This document shows positions 5,708 through 14,738 of a DNA stretch of 23,152 nt, one piece after another. The stretch's first letter is position 1. The number at the start of each line of letters is the position of its first letter. A program made the translations under genes and the position numbers. Under the pieces are notes generated by a model. It was given only the letters and a program-made list of their open reading frames with translations. It ran no database searches and had not been told where the DNA came from. This DNA comes from a virus (taxonomy: Duplodnaviria > Heunggongvirae > Uroviricota > Caudoviricetes). The DNA lies in the IMG/VR virus record IMGVR_UViG_2974563859_000001; one strand, written 5' to 3'.

Positions 5708-8306
5708 TAACTAACTATGGCTCAGTATAAACTCCTTTAATTTCTGGAACGTCCTTCCAAGGATAATCAGAAGCTAAGACTTTTAAAAGTAAAGTTCAAC
5801 GACTATCGAAACCGACTTATCAGATCGTTGTGATAACGCTAGATAGGGATAAGGGAGTAGAGTAGAATACAAGCTATAGGTATTCAAAAAGGGGAGCGCC
5901 GTATTTAGGTGAAGATATAGTCTCATCTCTATGGTAACATAGAGCAGTTCATAAGAGAACGGTATAGGCGTAGCGAACCTATATGAAGGTAACTTGCGTG
6001 GTTGTACAGTACCAATTATATGGTTAAATTTTTAGCCCATTATAATAGTGATATTATAATGAATCCTTCTTAACTGCTGGAACATCCTTTTAGGACAATC
6101 AGCATCCAAGCATTGTTATATAAATAACAATGAAGGTTCAACGACTATCGAAACCGACTTATCAGATCGTTGTGATAATGCTAGATAAGGATAAGGGAGT
6201 AGAGTACAACTCAAGCGATTGGAGTTGGAAATGGAAGGCATCTCAATGAGATGAAGATATAGTCTCATCTTCATGGTAACATGGAGCAGTTCATAAGAGA
6301 ACGGTATAGGCGTAGCGAATCTATATGAAGATAAATGATGATGAATTTGCATTTTTAAAATATAATGATACGGTATACGCTAAACTGGTGTAACTGGCGT
6401 ATTAAAACTCTCTTAACTGCTGGAAACTCCTAAAGTCTTTAGTACCAAAGTGTAATAATCTAAAGGATATATGGACAATCAGCATCCAAGCATTGTTATA
6501 AATAACAATGAAGGTTCAACGACTATCGAAAAATATAATTTGTATTATATTGAGTAGAGTACTTTCAAGCGAAAGGAAAAGGAGAGCATGATGAAGGTAT
6601 TAAATACTGGAGTGAAGATATAGTCTCATCTCTATGGAAACATAGAGCAGTTCATAAGAGAACGCATTAGACGTAGCGAATCTAATGGAAGGTAATTATG
6701 AGTGCTGCACCAGCACTATCAAAAGCATCAGAAGCCGCACAGCGTAATGGTACTCCTTACGGAAAATTAATTACAACAACTCCTAAACTATTGGGCAATA
6801 CATTAGTAATAATGTAATTGAATCTTCCTTAATTGCTGGAAAATCCTATATGGACAATCAGCATCCAAGCATTGTTGTTTATAACAATGAAGGTTCAACG
6901 ACTATCGAAACCACTCTAACAGATCGTTGTGATAACGCTAGTTAGAAGGAAGGGAGTAGAGTACAACCTAAGTGATTGAGGTTGGAAAAGGGAAGCATCT
7001 CAATGAGATGAAGATATAGTCTCATCTTCATGGTAACATGGAGCAGTTCATAAGAGAACGCATTAGATGTAGCGAATCTAATGGAAGATAAATGAATGAT
7101 CTTGATACAGAAATGGGTAAATATTGTAAGGGTATGATTGATGATGCATGTCCATTTGATGAAGCTTGGTATGATTGGGATATTGATGAAATTAAAAAAT
7201 ATATTGAACAGAACTCTCGAAATGACTTTGTTTATTTAGTATTTAATTATAAAGAGTTAGGACATGATGAGAAATGGTATCAAAAACAATGTCGTCAGCT
7301 CAATAATGACTTATTAAAAATTAAACGTGAAATATTATTGGAATGGACATTGGCTAACGATACTTCGCCTTTTTCAGAGGAACAATTAGCAGAAATTGGA
7401 CAACATGCAGGTGAACCTATTGGTAAGTTTTATGTAATGAAAAGATATAAATTTGAAATTTTCAGTGAAATGCGAAATATATTTAAAAAATCATGGCTAA
7501 TCGGTATAGATATTGGAGCAGGTTTGAATCGAGATTTTACAGTGATATCTATTATTGATCCTAAAGATATGGTTCAAAAAGCAGTATTTAGAAGTAATAA
7601 TATATCTTTACCTGATTTAAAAGATTTGGTTATACACCTAGTATTAGAATTTTGTCCTAATGGTGTCATTATTCCAGAACGAAATAACTTAGGTATCTCT
7701 TTAATACAAGATCTACTACGTTCAGAAGTAGCTAATAACTTATATTATGAAGTTAGAGAAGTAAAAGGAGAAAAGAAAGTTGATGATCCAAAAAGATCAT
7801 CTAAAAAGACAGTTAAGACTAAAACAAGAGTTTATGGGGTTACTACTAGTAAAGATAGTCGGGATATAATGATCAATGAGATTCTTAGTAATGCAGTTAA
7901 TGATACTCCATATGTGTTTACAAGTAAATATATTTTTGAAGAATTAAGAACATTAGAAAGAAATAAGAAAGGAAAGATTGAGCATAGGGATGGAGGTCAT
8001 GATGATACATTATTCTCATGGCTAGTGGCATGCTATGCTTTCTTATATGGAAATAATATAAATAAATTTGTTAAAGTCATCAGTGATGGCGATAATAATG
8101 AGAATGAAGAAAATAATAAAGATAGAGCTAGAAACATTCATGCATTGTCTAAAATTAATAGTGGTGAAAAATCACAGAGTGAAATATTATTAGAAATGTA
8201 TAAGAATGAAAGTAGATTTTTTGAAGATCATAATGAGAATGATAATAATATTAGAAAGCAAAAAAGAATGAAAAGCCTAAATTTTATTACTAGTTTAAAT
8301 AGATAA
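5105..8306 (+). CDS. terL: terminase large subunit, spliced from 5 exons: join(5105..5707,5997..6024,6338..6381,6701..6784,7095..8306), 656 aa
   Basis: Exon lengths 603+28+44+84+1212 = 1971 nt, in frame. Spliced protein: Walker A PRQNGKT, junction region KLG|RGCTVPIIW(Y)DEFAFLKYNDTVYA|SAAPALSKA..LITTTP|NDLD, nuclease motifs GIDIGAG and HDDTLFS. Confidence 0.92.
5708..5996 (+). mobile_element. group I intron 1 of terL (IA-like, no ORF, 289 nt)
   Basis: 5' splice after U; P1 ACTGGGT/GCTCAGT(5720-5726) with terminal U-G; P10 TAACTATG(5712-5719) pairs exon 2; core TTCAACGACTA and GAAGATATAGTC (P7 GACTA/TAGTC); GTAA tetraloop hairpin; ends in G. Confidence 0.93.
5997..6024 (+). CDS. terL: terL micro-exon 2 (28 nt; RGCTVPIIW plus 1 nt)
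   Basis: Supplies the hydrophobic strand preceding the Walker B acidic pair. Confidence 0.85.
6025..6337 (+). mobile_element. group I intron 2 of terL (IA-like, no ORF, 313 nt, phase 1)
   Basis: Core elements TTAACTGCTGGAA, AATCAGCA, TTCAACGACTA, GAAGATATAGTC; imperfect P1 with GCCCATTATAAT; terminal G; removal creates the Tyr codon T|AT of WYDEF. Confidence 0.93.
6338..6381 (+). CDS. terL: terL micro-exon 3 (44 nt; Walker B DEFAFLKYNDTVYA)
   Basis: Encodes the catalytic DE of Walker B. Confidence 0.85.
6382..6700 (+). mobile_element. group I intron 3 of terL (IA-like, no ORF, 319 nt)
   Basis: P1 ATACGCT/GGCGTAT with U-G; CTGGTG pairs CACCAG in exon 4; same core elements; GAAA tetraloop hairpin; terminal G 6700. 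Confidence 0.93.
6701..6784 (+). CDS. terL: terL micro-exon 4 (84 nt; SAAPALSKASEAAQRNGTPYGKLITTTP)
   Basis: Ends with the motif III (coupling) sequence TTTP. Confidence 0.85.
6785..7094 (+). mobile_element. group I intron 4 of terL (IA-like, no ORF, 310 nt)
   Basis: Core TTAATTGCTGGAA, AATCAGCA, TTCAACGACTA, GAAGATATAGTC; short guide TATTGGG; terminal G 7094; in-frame join TTTP|NDLD. Confidence 0.92.
7095..8306 (+). CDS. terL: terL exon 5 (ATPase lid and RNase H-like nuclease domain)
   Basis: GIDIGAG..DFT, ERNNLG, HDDTLFS; the track's ATG at 7092 is the last three bases of intron 4. Confidence 0.9.
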   Translation, partial: NDLDTEMGKYCKGMIDDACPFDEAWYDWDIDEIKKYIEQNSRNDFVYLVFNYKELGHDEKWYQKQCRQLNNDLLKIKREILLEWTLANDTSPFSEEQLAEIGQHAGEPIGKFYVMKRYKFEIFSEMRNIFKKSWLIGIDIGAGLNRDFTVISIIDPKDMVQKAVFRSNNISLPDLKDLVIHLVLEFCPNGVIIPERNNLGISLIQDLLRSEVANNLYYEVREVKGEKKVDDPKRSSKKTVKTKTRVYGVTTSKDSRDIMINEILSNAVNDTPYVFTSKYIFEELRTLERNKKGKIEHRDGGHDDTLFSWLVACYAFLYGNNINKFVKVISDGDNNENEENNKDRARNIHALSKINSGEKSQSEILLEMYKNESRFFEDHNENDNNIRKQKRMKSLNFITSLNR

Positions 8307-8309
8307 ATG

Positions 8310-8342
8310 AAAGAATGTAGATGAAAATCTACATTCTTTTTT
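8310..8342 (+). terminator. intrinsic terminator after terL
   Basis: AAAGAATGTAGAT-GAAA-ATCTACATTCTTT followed by a T-run. Confidence 0.85.
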
Positions 8343-8360
8343 ATATTGAAGAGAATTACT

Positions 8361-8372
8361 AACAAATTCATA
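8361..8372 (+). promoter_or_regulatory. AR9-type late promoter motif
   Basis: AACAAATTCATA, 44 nt before ATG 8416. Confidence 0.7.
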
Positions 8373-8415
8373 TGAATTTAATTAAAATTAGTTGACATAT
8401 ATAGGAGGAAGTCTA

Positions 8416-9186
8416 ATGGCTGAAATGATGGATGAACAAGAAGCAAAATTTTTAACAGATGAGGATATTGATCATGTAATTACATCTTTATCAGATGATA
8501 TTATTTTTGATAGTTTGAAAGAACAGATTAGCAATGTATTTGTACAATCTGATAGTAATCCAGTATACTATATTACTTATTTTACTGGTAAATATAATTA
8601 TATTATGAATAAATATTCAGAGTATGAAGAAGTATGTGAAAAAATAAAAGAAATTAGAGAAGAATTTTATGAAAAACTTAAAACACTAATTGAAGAAAAA
8701 TTTGATTTTACATTAAATTTACCTGCATTCTTTGATGATGAAGAGAAGTTTAATATTATTGGGAACCTTTATGATTTCTTCATAATTAGAAATAAAGTAA
8801 ATTCAGTTAATGTTATCTCTGGATATATTGACAGAGAAATTAAAGATCTTATTAAATATTATAAGCCTTTAATTGATAAAAAAGACCTTACCTACAATAA
8901 CATCAAGAAGACTATTAATAAAGATATTGCAGTAATTATTTGTAAATTACCTGACATTATTTCAAACCTGACAGTGGAGTCTGGGTTTGATCTAGTACAG
9001 CTAATGATAGATGATGAACAAGAAATTACGAATATGGTTATTGGTACTTTATTTGATGAGAATACTGAATATATTAATATTGGAGAAAGCTTTATTGATA
9101 ATATTCTTAATGCTATTAAGAAAAATGAAGTATATTACTTGCAGGCTAGAACTCAATTAGTAAATAAATATTCAGATAAAAAATAA
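8416..9186 (+). CDS. hypothetical late protein, probable virion structural protein
   Basis: SD AGGAGG at 8403-8408 favours ATG 8416; late promoter; lies between terminase and tail sheath. Confidence 0.75.
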   Translation: MAEMMDEQEAKFLTDEDIDHVITSLSDDIIFDSLKEQISNVFVQSDSNPVYYITYFTGKYNYIMNKYSEYEEVCEKIKEIREEFYEKLKTLIEEKFDFTLNLPAFFDDEEKFNIIGNLYDFFIIRNKVNSVNVISGYIDREIKDLIKYYKPLIDKKDLTYNNIKKTINKDIAVIICKLPDIISNLTVESGFDLVQLMIDDEQEITNMVIGTLFDENTEYINIGESFIDNILNAIKKNEVYYLQARTQLVNKYSDKK

Positions 9187-9200
9187 ATTATTGGAGGACT

Positions 9201-9917
9201 ATGAAGATGGCAGTTATCGACAGTAAAAATAATGACATGATTAAAACAATGAAAGGACTTCAAGAAAGTTCAGAATCACTATTAAAAACTTTTAAAGATC
9301 TAGGTTTAGATAAAGAAAATAAAGAAGATTTTGAGGTATTAGAAAAGTCTGCTAATGAAATTAAGCAAGAATTTGATACTATTGCTACGATTGAGGAAGA
9401 AGTTAAGAAATATTCTGGCTGTAGTGCTTTTATTAAACAGCTAGAAGAGGTTCTTGAAGATGATTCACAGAGTGAAGAATTAAAAGAAAAAATTAAGAGA
9501 CAGATTTTTATGATTAAAAGTAGTTATAATTTTAAAGCATTTAGTGAATTACAACCTACTTTAAAGCCTAAAACTTTACTTAATAATTATAAAGCATTAC
9601 GAAATAAAGCTGAAAATAAATTAAAGAATAATAATACTTTTACATTTAATACATCCTTTTATTTAGAAAAAATGATTAAAGGAGTATTACCAGATGATTT
9701 GAAATCTTATTCTAGAATGACAGCGTCATATATTTATGCTTTTATTAATACTGCTTCTCTTAAGCGAGGCGGTTATGCTATCTTTGTTGGATTCTTAATT
9801 AACAATATTAATAATTTAGATAAAGAATATCCAGAAAAAGAAGAATTGATTAATAATCTTATCAAATTAACTCAGTTACTAAAAGATGAATTAATTGGTA
9901 GTGCTAAAACAAAGTAA
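9201..9917 (+). CDS. hypothetical late protein, probable virion structural protein
   Basis: 238 aa, SD GGAGG; co-transcribed with the previous gene; helical N-terminus. Confidence 0.75.
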   Translation: MKMAVIDSKNNDMIKTMKGLQESSESLLKTFKDLGLDKENKEDFEVLEKSANEIKQEFDTIATIEEEVKKYSGCSAFIKQLEEVLEDDSQSEELKEKIKRQIFMIKSSYNFKAFSELQPTLKPKTLLNNYKALRNKAENKLKNNNTFTFNTSFYLEKMIKGVLPDDLKSYSRMTASYIYAFINTASLKRGGYAIFVGFLINNINNLDKEYPEKEELINNLIKLTQLLKDELIGSAKTK

Positions 9918-9920
9918 ATA

Positions 9921-9964
9921 AATAAGTAAACCTATATATTAAATTATATATAGGTTTACTTATT
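9921..9964 (+). terminator. long hairpin, probable terminator
   Basis: 18-bp perfect inverted repeat AATAAGTAAACCTATATA (9921-9938) / TATATAGGTTTACTTATT (9947-9964). Confidence 0.7.
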
Positions 9965-9969
9965 ATTAA

Positions 9970-9981
9970 AACATAATATTG
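9970..9981 (+). promoter_or_regulatory. AR9-type late promoter motif (AACA-N6-TG)
   Basis: AACATAATATTG, 31 nt before TTG 10012. Confidence 0.7.
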
Positions 9982-10011
9982 AACTACTAAGTCATGAAAG
10001 GAGTTTAACAA

Positions 10012-10758
10012 TTGAAATATAATTTTTTAAAGAAAGTTGATAATAAAATAATTTTTGATGGTGAATATATGGAAGTTTATATTCCTAAAGACTATTTTTC
10101 AAAAGGAATTGCTAGTTATCATGGTGATATGGTGAATACATTAGGGGTTTTTAACTTTATGGTTTACACTCAACCAAAAGAATCCAAAAATAAAGGTGAG
10201 ATTCATCTATTAAAGCTTCCTATGGAAATAAAGTTTGAATTTACAACATACCATGATATATCTACTAAATTAAGAGCAGACTTAGATAAGGACGATTATA
10301 GAGTTTTTCAATTGGAAAAAGGCTCTGTATTCATTGATAATGTTATTAAAGAACAATCTGCTGAAAACAGTAAAAAATTTATTTACCTACTTCATGGTGG
10401 AAAATTACCTAAATCACTAAAGTACAGTGATATAATTGACTTATATCATGAAAGTATCTCTTTAAATAAAGTAAAATTAAATAACCCATCAGTAATATTT
10501 GAATTAATCATTGCTGAACTATGTCGCTATAGAAATAATACAGAAGTTCCATTTAGAATGATGATTGGTAAAGAGAATGCTAAAGTATCCGACTATGACT
10601 ATAATAATATAGCTCTTAAGAAATTACCTGCTATTAACTCAACATTTAATGCAATGACATTTGAAGATATTAACCAAGCCATTATATCTTCAATTCGTAA
10701 AACTCGTAATAATGAGAATGAAAATCCATCACCTGTAGAAAGAATAATTAAGTACTAA
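10012..10758 (+). CDS. RNA polymerase beta' C-terminal-like subunit (putative virion RNAP subunit)
   Basis: [22 protein letters not shown] parallels RpoC [35 protein letters not shown] parallels SFISAASFQETTRVL; SPVERII parallels GLKENVI; TTG start, SD AAGGAG. Confidence 0.65.
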   Translation: [248 protein letters not shown]

Positions 10759-10778
10759 AATTTTCTTATTTGTAAAAG

Positions 10779-10790
10779 AACATTTAATTA
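10779..10790 (+). promoter_or_regulatory. AR9-type late promoter motif for tail sheath
   Basis: AACATTTAATTA, 34 nt before ATG 10824; identical to the portal promoter. Confidence 0.75.
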
Positions 10791-10823
10791 ATGAAATAAA
10801 GATTTCTGTAAAGGAGAGATAAA

Positions 10824-13787
10824 ATGGCTACTGAAGCTAGTACATCACAATCAATTTCTACTGGTACTGAAGTAAGTCCTACTTGGTTACACCCAAGCGT
10901 TACAAGTGTAATCAATAGTGAAGAGATCACTTATCAAAGTGGCTCTGGACAACAAAAAATGCTTTCTATCTTTACTTCTGAAAAAGGTGAAGATAATAAA
11001 CTAGTACTATATACTGATCCTGATGAATTTATTGCCAAAACTGGTAATCCAAATCTTAAAAAATATGGTCAATCAGCTTATAACATCATTAACTGGTTAA
11101 AGGCTGGTGGTGAAGTTTATGGTATGCGTGTAATGCCTGATAATGCAGGTTTTGCTCATGCATTCTTAAATGTTCTTTCTAAAGTTGATACTAAAAAAGT
11201 CAAGGATAAGGACGGTAATGCTGTTTCCTATAAAAATGTTACATTGAAACCAGCAGTTGCTTATTCAGATGTAAATAATGTATCTGAAACACTATTAAAT
11301 TATGAATTAAATAAAGATAGATCATCTGATGAGACTATTGATGGATTTAAGAATCACTTATTATTTGCAGTCTATCCTACAGGACGAGGAAGTGCATATA
11401 ATAACTTGGGATTCCGAATCACTCTAAATACTTCTTATGATGAACAACACGATTTCCGTGTTTATAACTTTGAAGTAATTAGATATGATGAATATAATAC
11501 CGCTAATATTATTGAAGGACCATTTTACGTATCTTTGAGTCCAGATGCTCTTTCTTCATCTAATGAAAGTATGTTTATTGAGGATGTAGTTAATAAATAT
11601 TCTACTCATTTAAGATGTATGTTTAATGAAGATGCTTTCCTTGATCTTTGTCGTACTATTAATCCAGATGTTTCTCCATCTAAGATTGATCCACTAACAG
11701 GTAAGACAAGAACTGTTCGAGGTGTAGTTGATACTTTCTATAGTAACATTACTAAGAAATTTGAAGATACACATATTTCTTTACACCGCTATGATACTAA
11801 TGGAAATGTTATGACTGATTCTAACGATAATCCAATCTTGAATATTATTGATGCTGGTGATCTAATTGAGCAATCAATTCTATTGGCAGATAACACTTAT
11901 CGTAAACGTATGTATGAAAGATATCTTGCTGGTATCGATTATATGAAACAAGTGTTCAATAGTATTGAGAATAATGATTATAATACAATCATTACTAAAT
12001 TGCTTTATACTCCTGATGGTGTAACTCCTGAATCTGGTTTAATCCCAGAAATGGTTGAAAAGCTAAATGGTTATCATACTACTATTCAAAACCTTGTAAC
12101 AGTATTTAATAGTAGTCATTTAGAATCAGATTTCAATCGGATTGTCACTGAGAATACTCTTGTTGAACAAGGCATTAAAGATATTATGAGTCTGATTGGT
12201 CAACTTCTAAGTTATCATAAAGCATTAGAAATGAGTTCAACAGTTCTTGATCTAGATGAGAAAGTTAATTCTGTTTACAATAAGTTAAATCTTAAAGAGA
12301 TTATTGATATCCGTGCAGTTTCTAAAAAAGATAAGATTAATGAAATTTCTGACACTATTCTTACTTTAAAAGGAACTGGTGATGAAGATGAACAAGCAAG
12401 TGCTTTAACCTCTATTCTTTCTGATGTTAAAACAACTATTGATTATCTTCTTATGATCATCAATGAAAATTCTCTATCTGCTACAGATATTAACCAAGCA
12501 GTAACTCGTTATAATGCAATCATTGATATGTATAATGCTATCTTTGATCCAATTGTATCTAATGATGCGGCTAAAACTATTCTTGCTAATATTTATAACA
12601 GTCTAGATGAATTAGTTGCAGATCTTTATAATATTTGTGAACTTGCTATCGTTAATATTGATTTACTTATTATTGATGATATTATTAGTAAGAAAATTGC
12701 AAATATTGTATCTGGTATTGTTCCTGTAACATATACTAATACTGAATTGTATGCACAAAAGGTTTCTACAACAGAAGGAAAAGCTGAACTATTATCTAGT
12801 ATTCGTAAGAATATTGATAACTCTACAGCTGTTGTAACTGTGATGAAATCTATTGTTTATACTACTCAGCTTCAAGACTTTAATTCCCCTGCCATTTTTA
12901 TGAATGGTAGTGATGGTGATCTTGATGAAAGTAATCCTTCACTTAAGAGTAAGACTATGTTAAGTCTTCTAGTTAAAGGATATCAAGGATTAATTGATGA
13001 TAGTGTTACTAATCGTAGAGTTGCCCCTTTCCAATTTGTATTAGATGCTAATTATCCAACGGATGTTAAGAATGCAATTGTTACATTAGCAAGAGATATC
13101 CGTAAAGATATTTTCTTCTATGCGGATTCTGGTATTCAAGCTAGTCCAGCAGATGCTATTAGTTGGAGAAATGCTTCTTTCAATGTATCTTCCCAATTCC
13201 TTGGAATTTATACTCAAGACTTCGTAGTTTATGATGAGTATAATGGAAGAGATATTAAAGTAACACCAACTTATTTCTTGGCTACTAAGATTCCTAGTGT
13301 TGCATCTCAATATGGATTACAATATCCAATTGCAGGTAACAAACGTGGTACAATTGATGGATTTAAGTCTATTAGTTATGTACCAAATGAATCCTATAAG
13401 GAACAATTATATACTCGTCAATTGAACTATGTAGAACATGATAGTAAACGTACTAAGTTTGGCAGTCAATTAACAGCTGATATGCAAAGAACTCCATTAT
13501 CTAATATCAATAACGCTATCATTGCTCTTGATATTAAACGTAATGTTGAGGAAATGGCTGAAGATTATCAATTCGAGTTTGAAGATGATGAAACTATCAG
13601 AACATTCCAGTACAATCTTAATGATTATCTATCTACCTACATTTCTAATAGAAGTTGTGATGAAATTTCTGCAACCGTATATGCATCTGATTATGATAAA
13701 ACTCAACAGATTCTTCGTGTTAAAATCACAGTTAAGTTTAAAGCGGTTGTTGAACGCATCGTAATTAGTATTGATGTAGTTAAGTAA
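10824..13787 (+). CDS. contractile tail sheath protein
   Basis: 987 aa; N-terminal HPSVTSVI and GNPNLKKYGQ, NGSDG, FVLDANYP, YPIAGNKRG, and C-terminal sheath strand ILRVKITVKFKAVVERIVISIDV; followed by tube gene. Confidence 0.88.
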   Translation: MATEASTSQSISTGTEVSPTWLHPSVTSVINSEEITYQSGSGQQKMLSIFTSEKGEDNKLVLYTDPDEFIAKTGNPNLKKYGQSAYNIINWLKAGGEVYGMRVMPDNAGFAHAFLNVLSKVDTKKVKDKDGNAVSYKNVTLKPAVAYSDVNNVSETLLNYELNKDRSSDETIDGFKNHLLFAVYPTGRGSAYNNLGFRITLNTSYDEQHDFRVYNFEVIRYDEYNTANIIEGPFYVSLSPDALSSSNESMFIEDVVNKYSTHLRCMFNEDAFLDLCRTINPDVSPSKIDPLTGKTRTVRGVVDTFYSNITKKFEDTHISLHRYDTNGNVMTDSNDNPILNIIDAGDLIEQSILLADNTYRKRMYERYLAGIDYMKQVFNSIENNDYNTIITKLLYTPDGVTPESGLIPEMVEKLNGYHTTIQNLVTVFNSSHLESDFNRIVTENTLVEQGIKDIMSLIGQLLSYHKALEMSSTVLDLDEKVNSVYNKLNLKEIIDIRAVSKKDKINEISDTILTLKGTGDEDEQASALTSILSDVKTTIDYLLMIINENSLSATDINQAVTRYNAIIDMYNAIFDPIVSNDAAKTILANIYNSLDELVADLYNICELAIVNIDLLIIDDIISKKIANIVSGIVPVTYTNTELYAQKVSTTEGKAELLSSIRKNIDNSTAVVTVMKSIVYTTQLQDFNSPAIFMNGSDGDLDESNPSLKSKTMLSLLVKGYQGLIDDSVTNRRVAPFQFVLDANYPTDVKNAIVTLARDIRKDIFFYADSGIQASPADAISWRNASFNVSSQFLGIYTQDFVVYDEYNGRDIKVTPTYFLATKIPSVASQYGLQYPIAGNKRGTIDGFKSISYVPNESYKEQLYTRQLNYVEHDSKRTKFGSQLTADMQRTPLSNINNAIIALDIKRNVEEMAEDYQFEFEDDETIRTFQYNLNDYLSTYISNRSCDEISATVYASDYDKTQQILRVKITVKFKAVVERIVISIDVVK

Positions 13788-13799
13788 TACAGTAATAAT

Positions 13800-13836
13800 G
13801 TATAGTGTGAGGATAATTGCCTCACACTATACTATT
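13800..13836 (+). terminator. terminator hairpin after tail sheath
   Basis: GTATAGTGTGAGG (13800-13812) / CCTCACACTATAC (13820-13832). Confidence 0.75.
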
Positions 13837-13847
13837 TATAATAATTA

Positions 13848-13859
13848 AACATATTGATA
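13848..13859 (+). promoter_or_regulatory. AR9-type late promoter motif for tail tube
   Basis: AACATATTGATA, 38 nt before ATG 13897. Confidence 0.75.
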
Positions 13860-13896
13860 TAGAACTTTTATATTATGAGAGAAAGGTGAATGATTA

Positions 13897-14694
13897 ATGA
13901 TTAAACAAGGTAACGTTAGAGTTTTTGACTCTTCACTGGCGCAACAGCAATCATTCTTCACTGGTGGCTTAAATCTCAAACAACTAGCTTTTGACCCATT
14001 GGTTACTGGTTATGCGTTTATTGTTTGGACTAAATTACCAAAATGGATTGTCCAAGAATATCCGGGATTCAAAGCTATGACAGAGAAGAACTTTAAAGGA
14101 TTCACTGGTCTAGAAGATATGGAACTTCAGACACAACAATACCAATATGGTTTTGCTAACAATGATTATAACGTTGCGGCTGGTATTACTAAAAATAACA
14201 CTGAATTCACTCTTCGTCATCAAGAGTATTCTGGTAGTCCTATTAAAAATATGTATCAGTTCTGGGTTTCTTCTATTTCAGATCCAGAGACAGGTATTGC
14301 AACATATCCAAAAGTATATGGTATGGAGTATGCGGCTAAAAACCATACTGGTGAGTTAATGTATATTGTTACACGTCCTGACGTTAATAATACTGAAAAG
14401 AGAAATATTGAACAGGCTGTTTATTATACTAATGTAATGCCTAAACGTATTCCATTATCTCATTTTGATTATACTCAAGGTGAACATAACCTAGTTGAGC
14501 TTGAAATTCCATTTAGTGGTAATATGCATATTTCTTCTAAAGTAGATAACTATGCTAAGAAACTTCTTGCTACTACTTACTCCTTTGTTACTGCTGGTCT
14601 ATTTGATCCAGAAAAAGCTAATGTTGGTGGACGTTATCTTTCTGAATTTAATAATAGTGCTGGTAGCGTACAACAAGGTCTTGGTGATATTTAA
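13897..14694 (+). CDS. tail tube protein
   Basis: 265 aa directly after sheath; beta-rich; FDPLVTGYAF, EYSGSP, W..I.DP.TG segments typical of jumbo myophage tubes. Confidence 0.8.
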   Translation: MIKQGNVRVFDSSLAQQQSFFTGGLNLKQLAFDPLVTGYAFIVWTKLPKWIVQEYPGFKAMTEKNFKGFTGLEDMELQTQQYQYGFANNDYNVAAGITKNNTEFTLRHQEYSGSPIKNMYQFWVSSISDPETGIATYPKVYGMEYAAKNHTGELMYIVTRPDVNNTEKRNIEQAVYYTNVMPKRIPLSHFDYTQGEHNLVELEIPFSGNMHISSKVDNYAKKLLATTYSFVTAGLFDPEKANVGGRYLSEFNNSAGSVQQGLGDI

Positions 14695-14700
14695 TAATAA

Positions 14701-14738
14701 AATAAAAGCATATATCTTAATTGATATATGCTTTTATT
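14701..14738. terminator. bidirectional terminator between tube and portal
   Basis: AATAAAAGCATATATC (14701-14716) / GATATATGCTTTTATT (14723-14738). Confidence 0.8.

Noticed and set aside
6116-6352. 78-aa minus-strand ORF as an intron-encoded endonuclease
   Set aside because: Antisense to the ribozyme core, no nuclease motif and no RBS
5708-7094. Four long near-repeats with short unique spacers as a CRISPR array or tandem repeat
   Set aside because: Units are about 300 nt with group I core motifs, and the spacers are in-frame terminase exons
5105-8306. terL as a pseudogene or two separate genes (5105-5710 and 7092-8306)
   Set aside because: Removing four introns restores one frame with all motifs; the ATG at 7092 is the intron's 3' end
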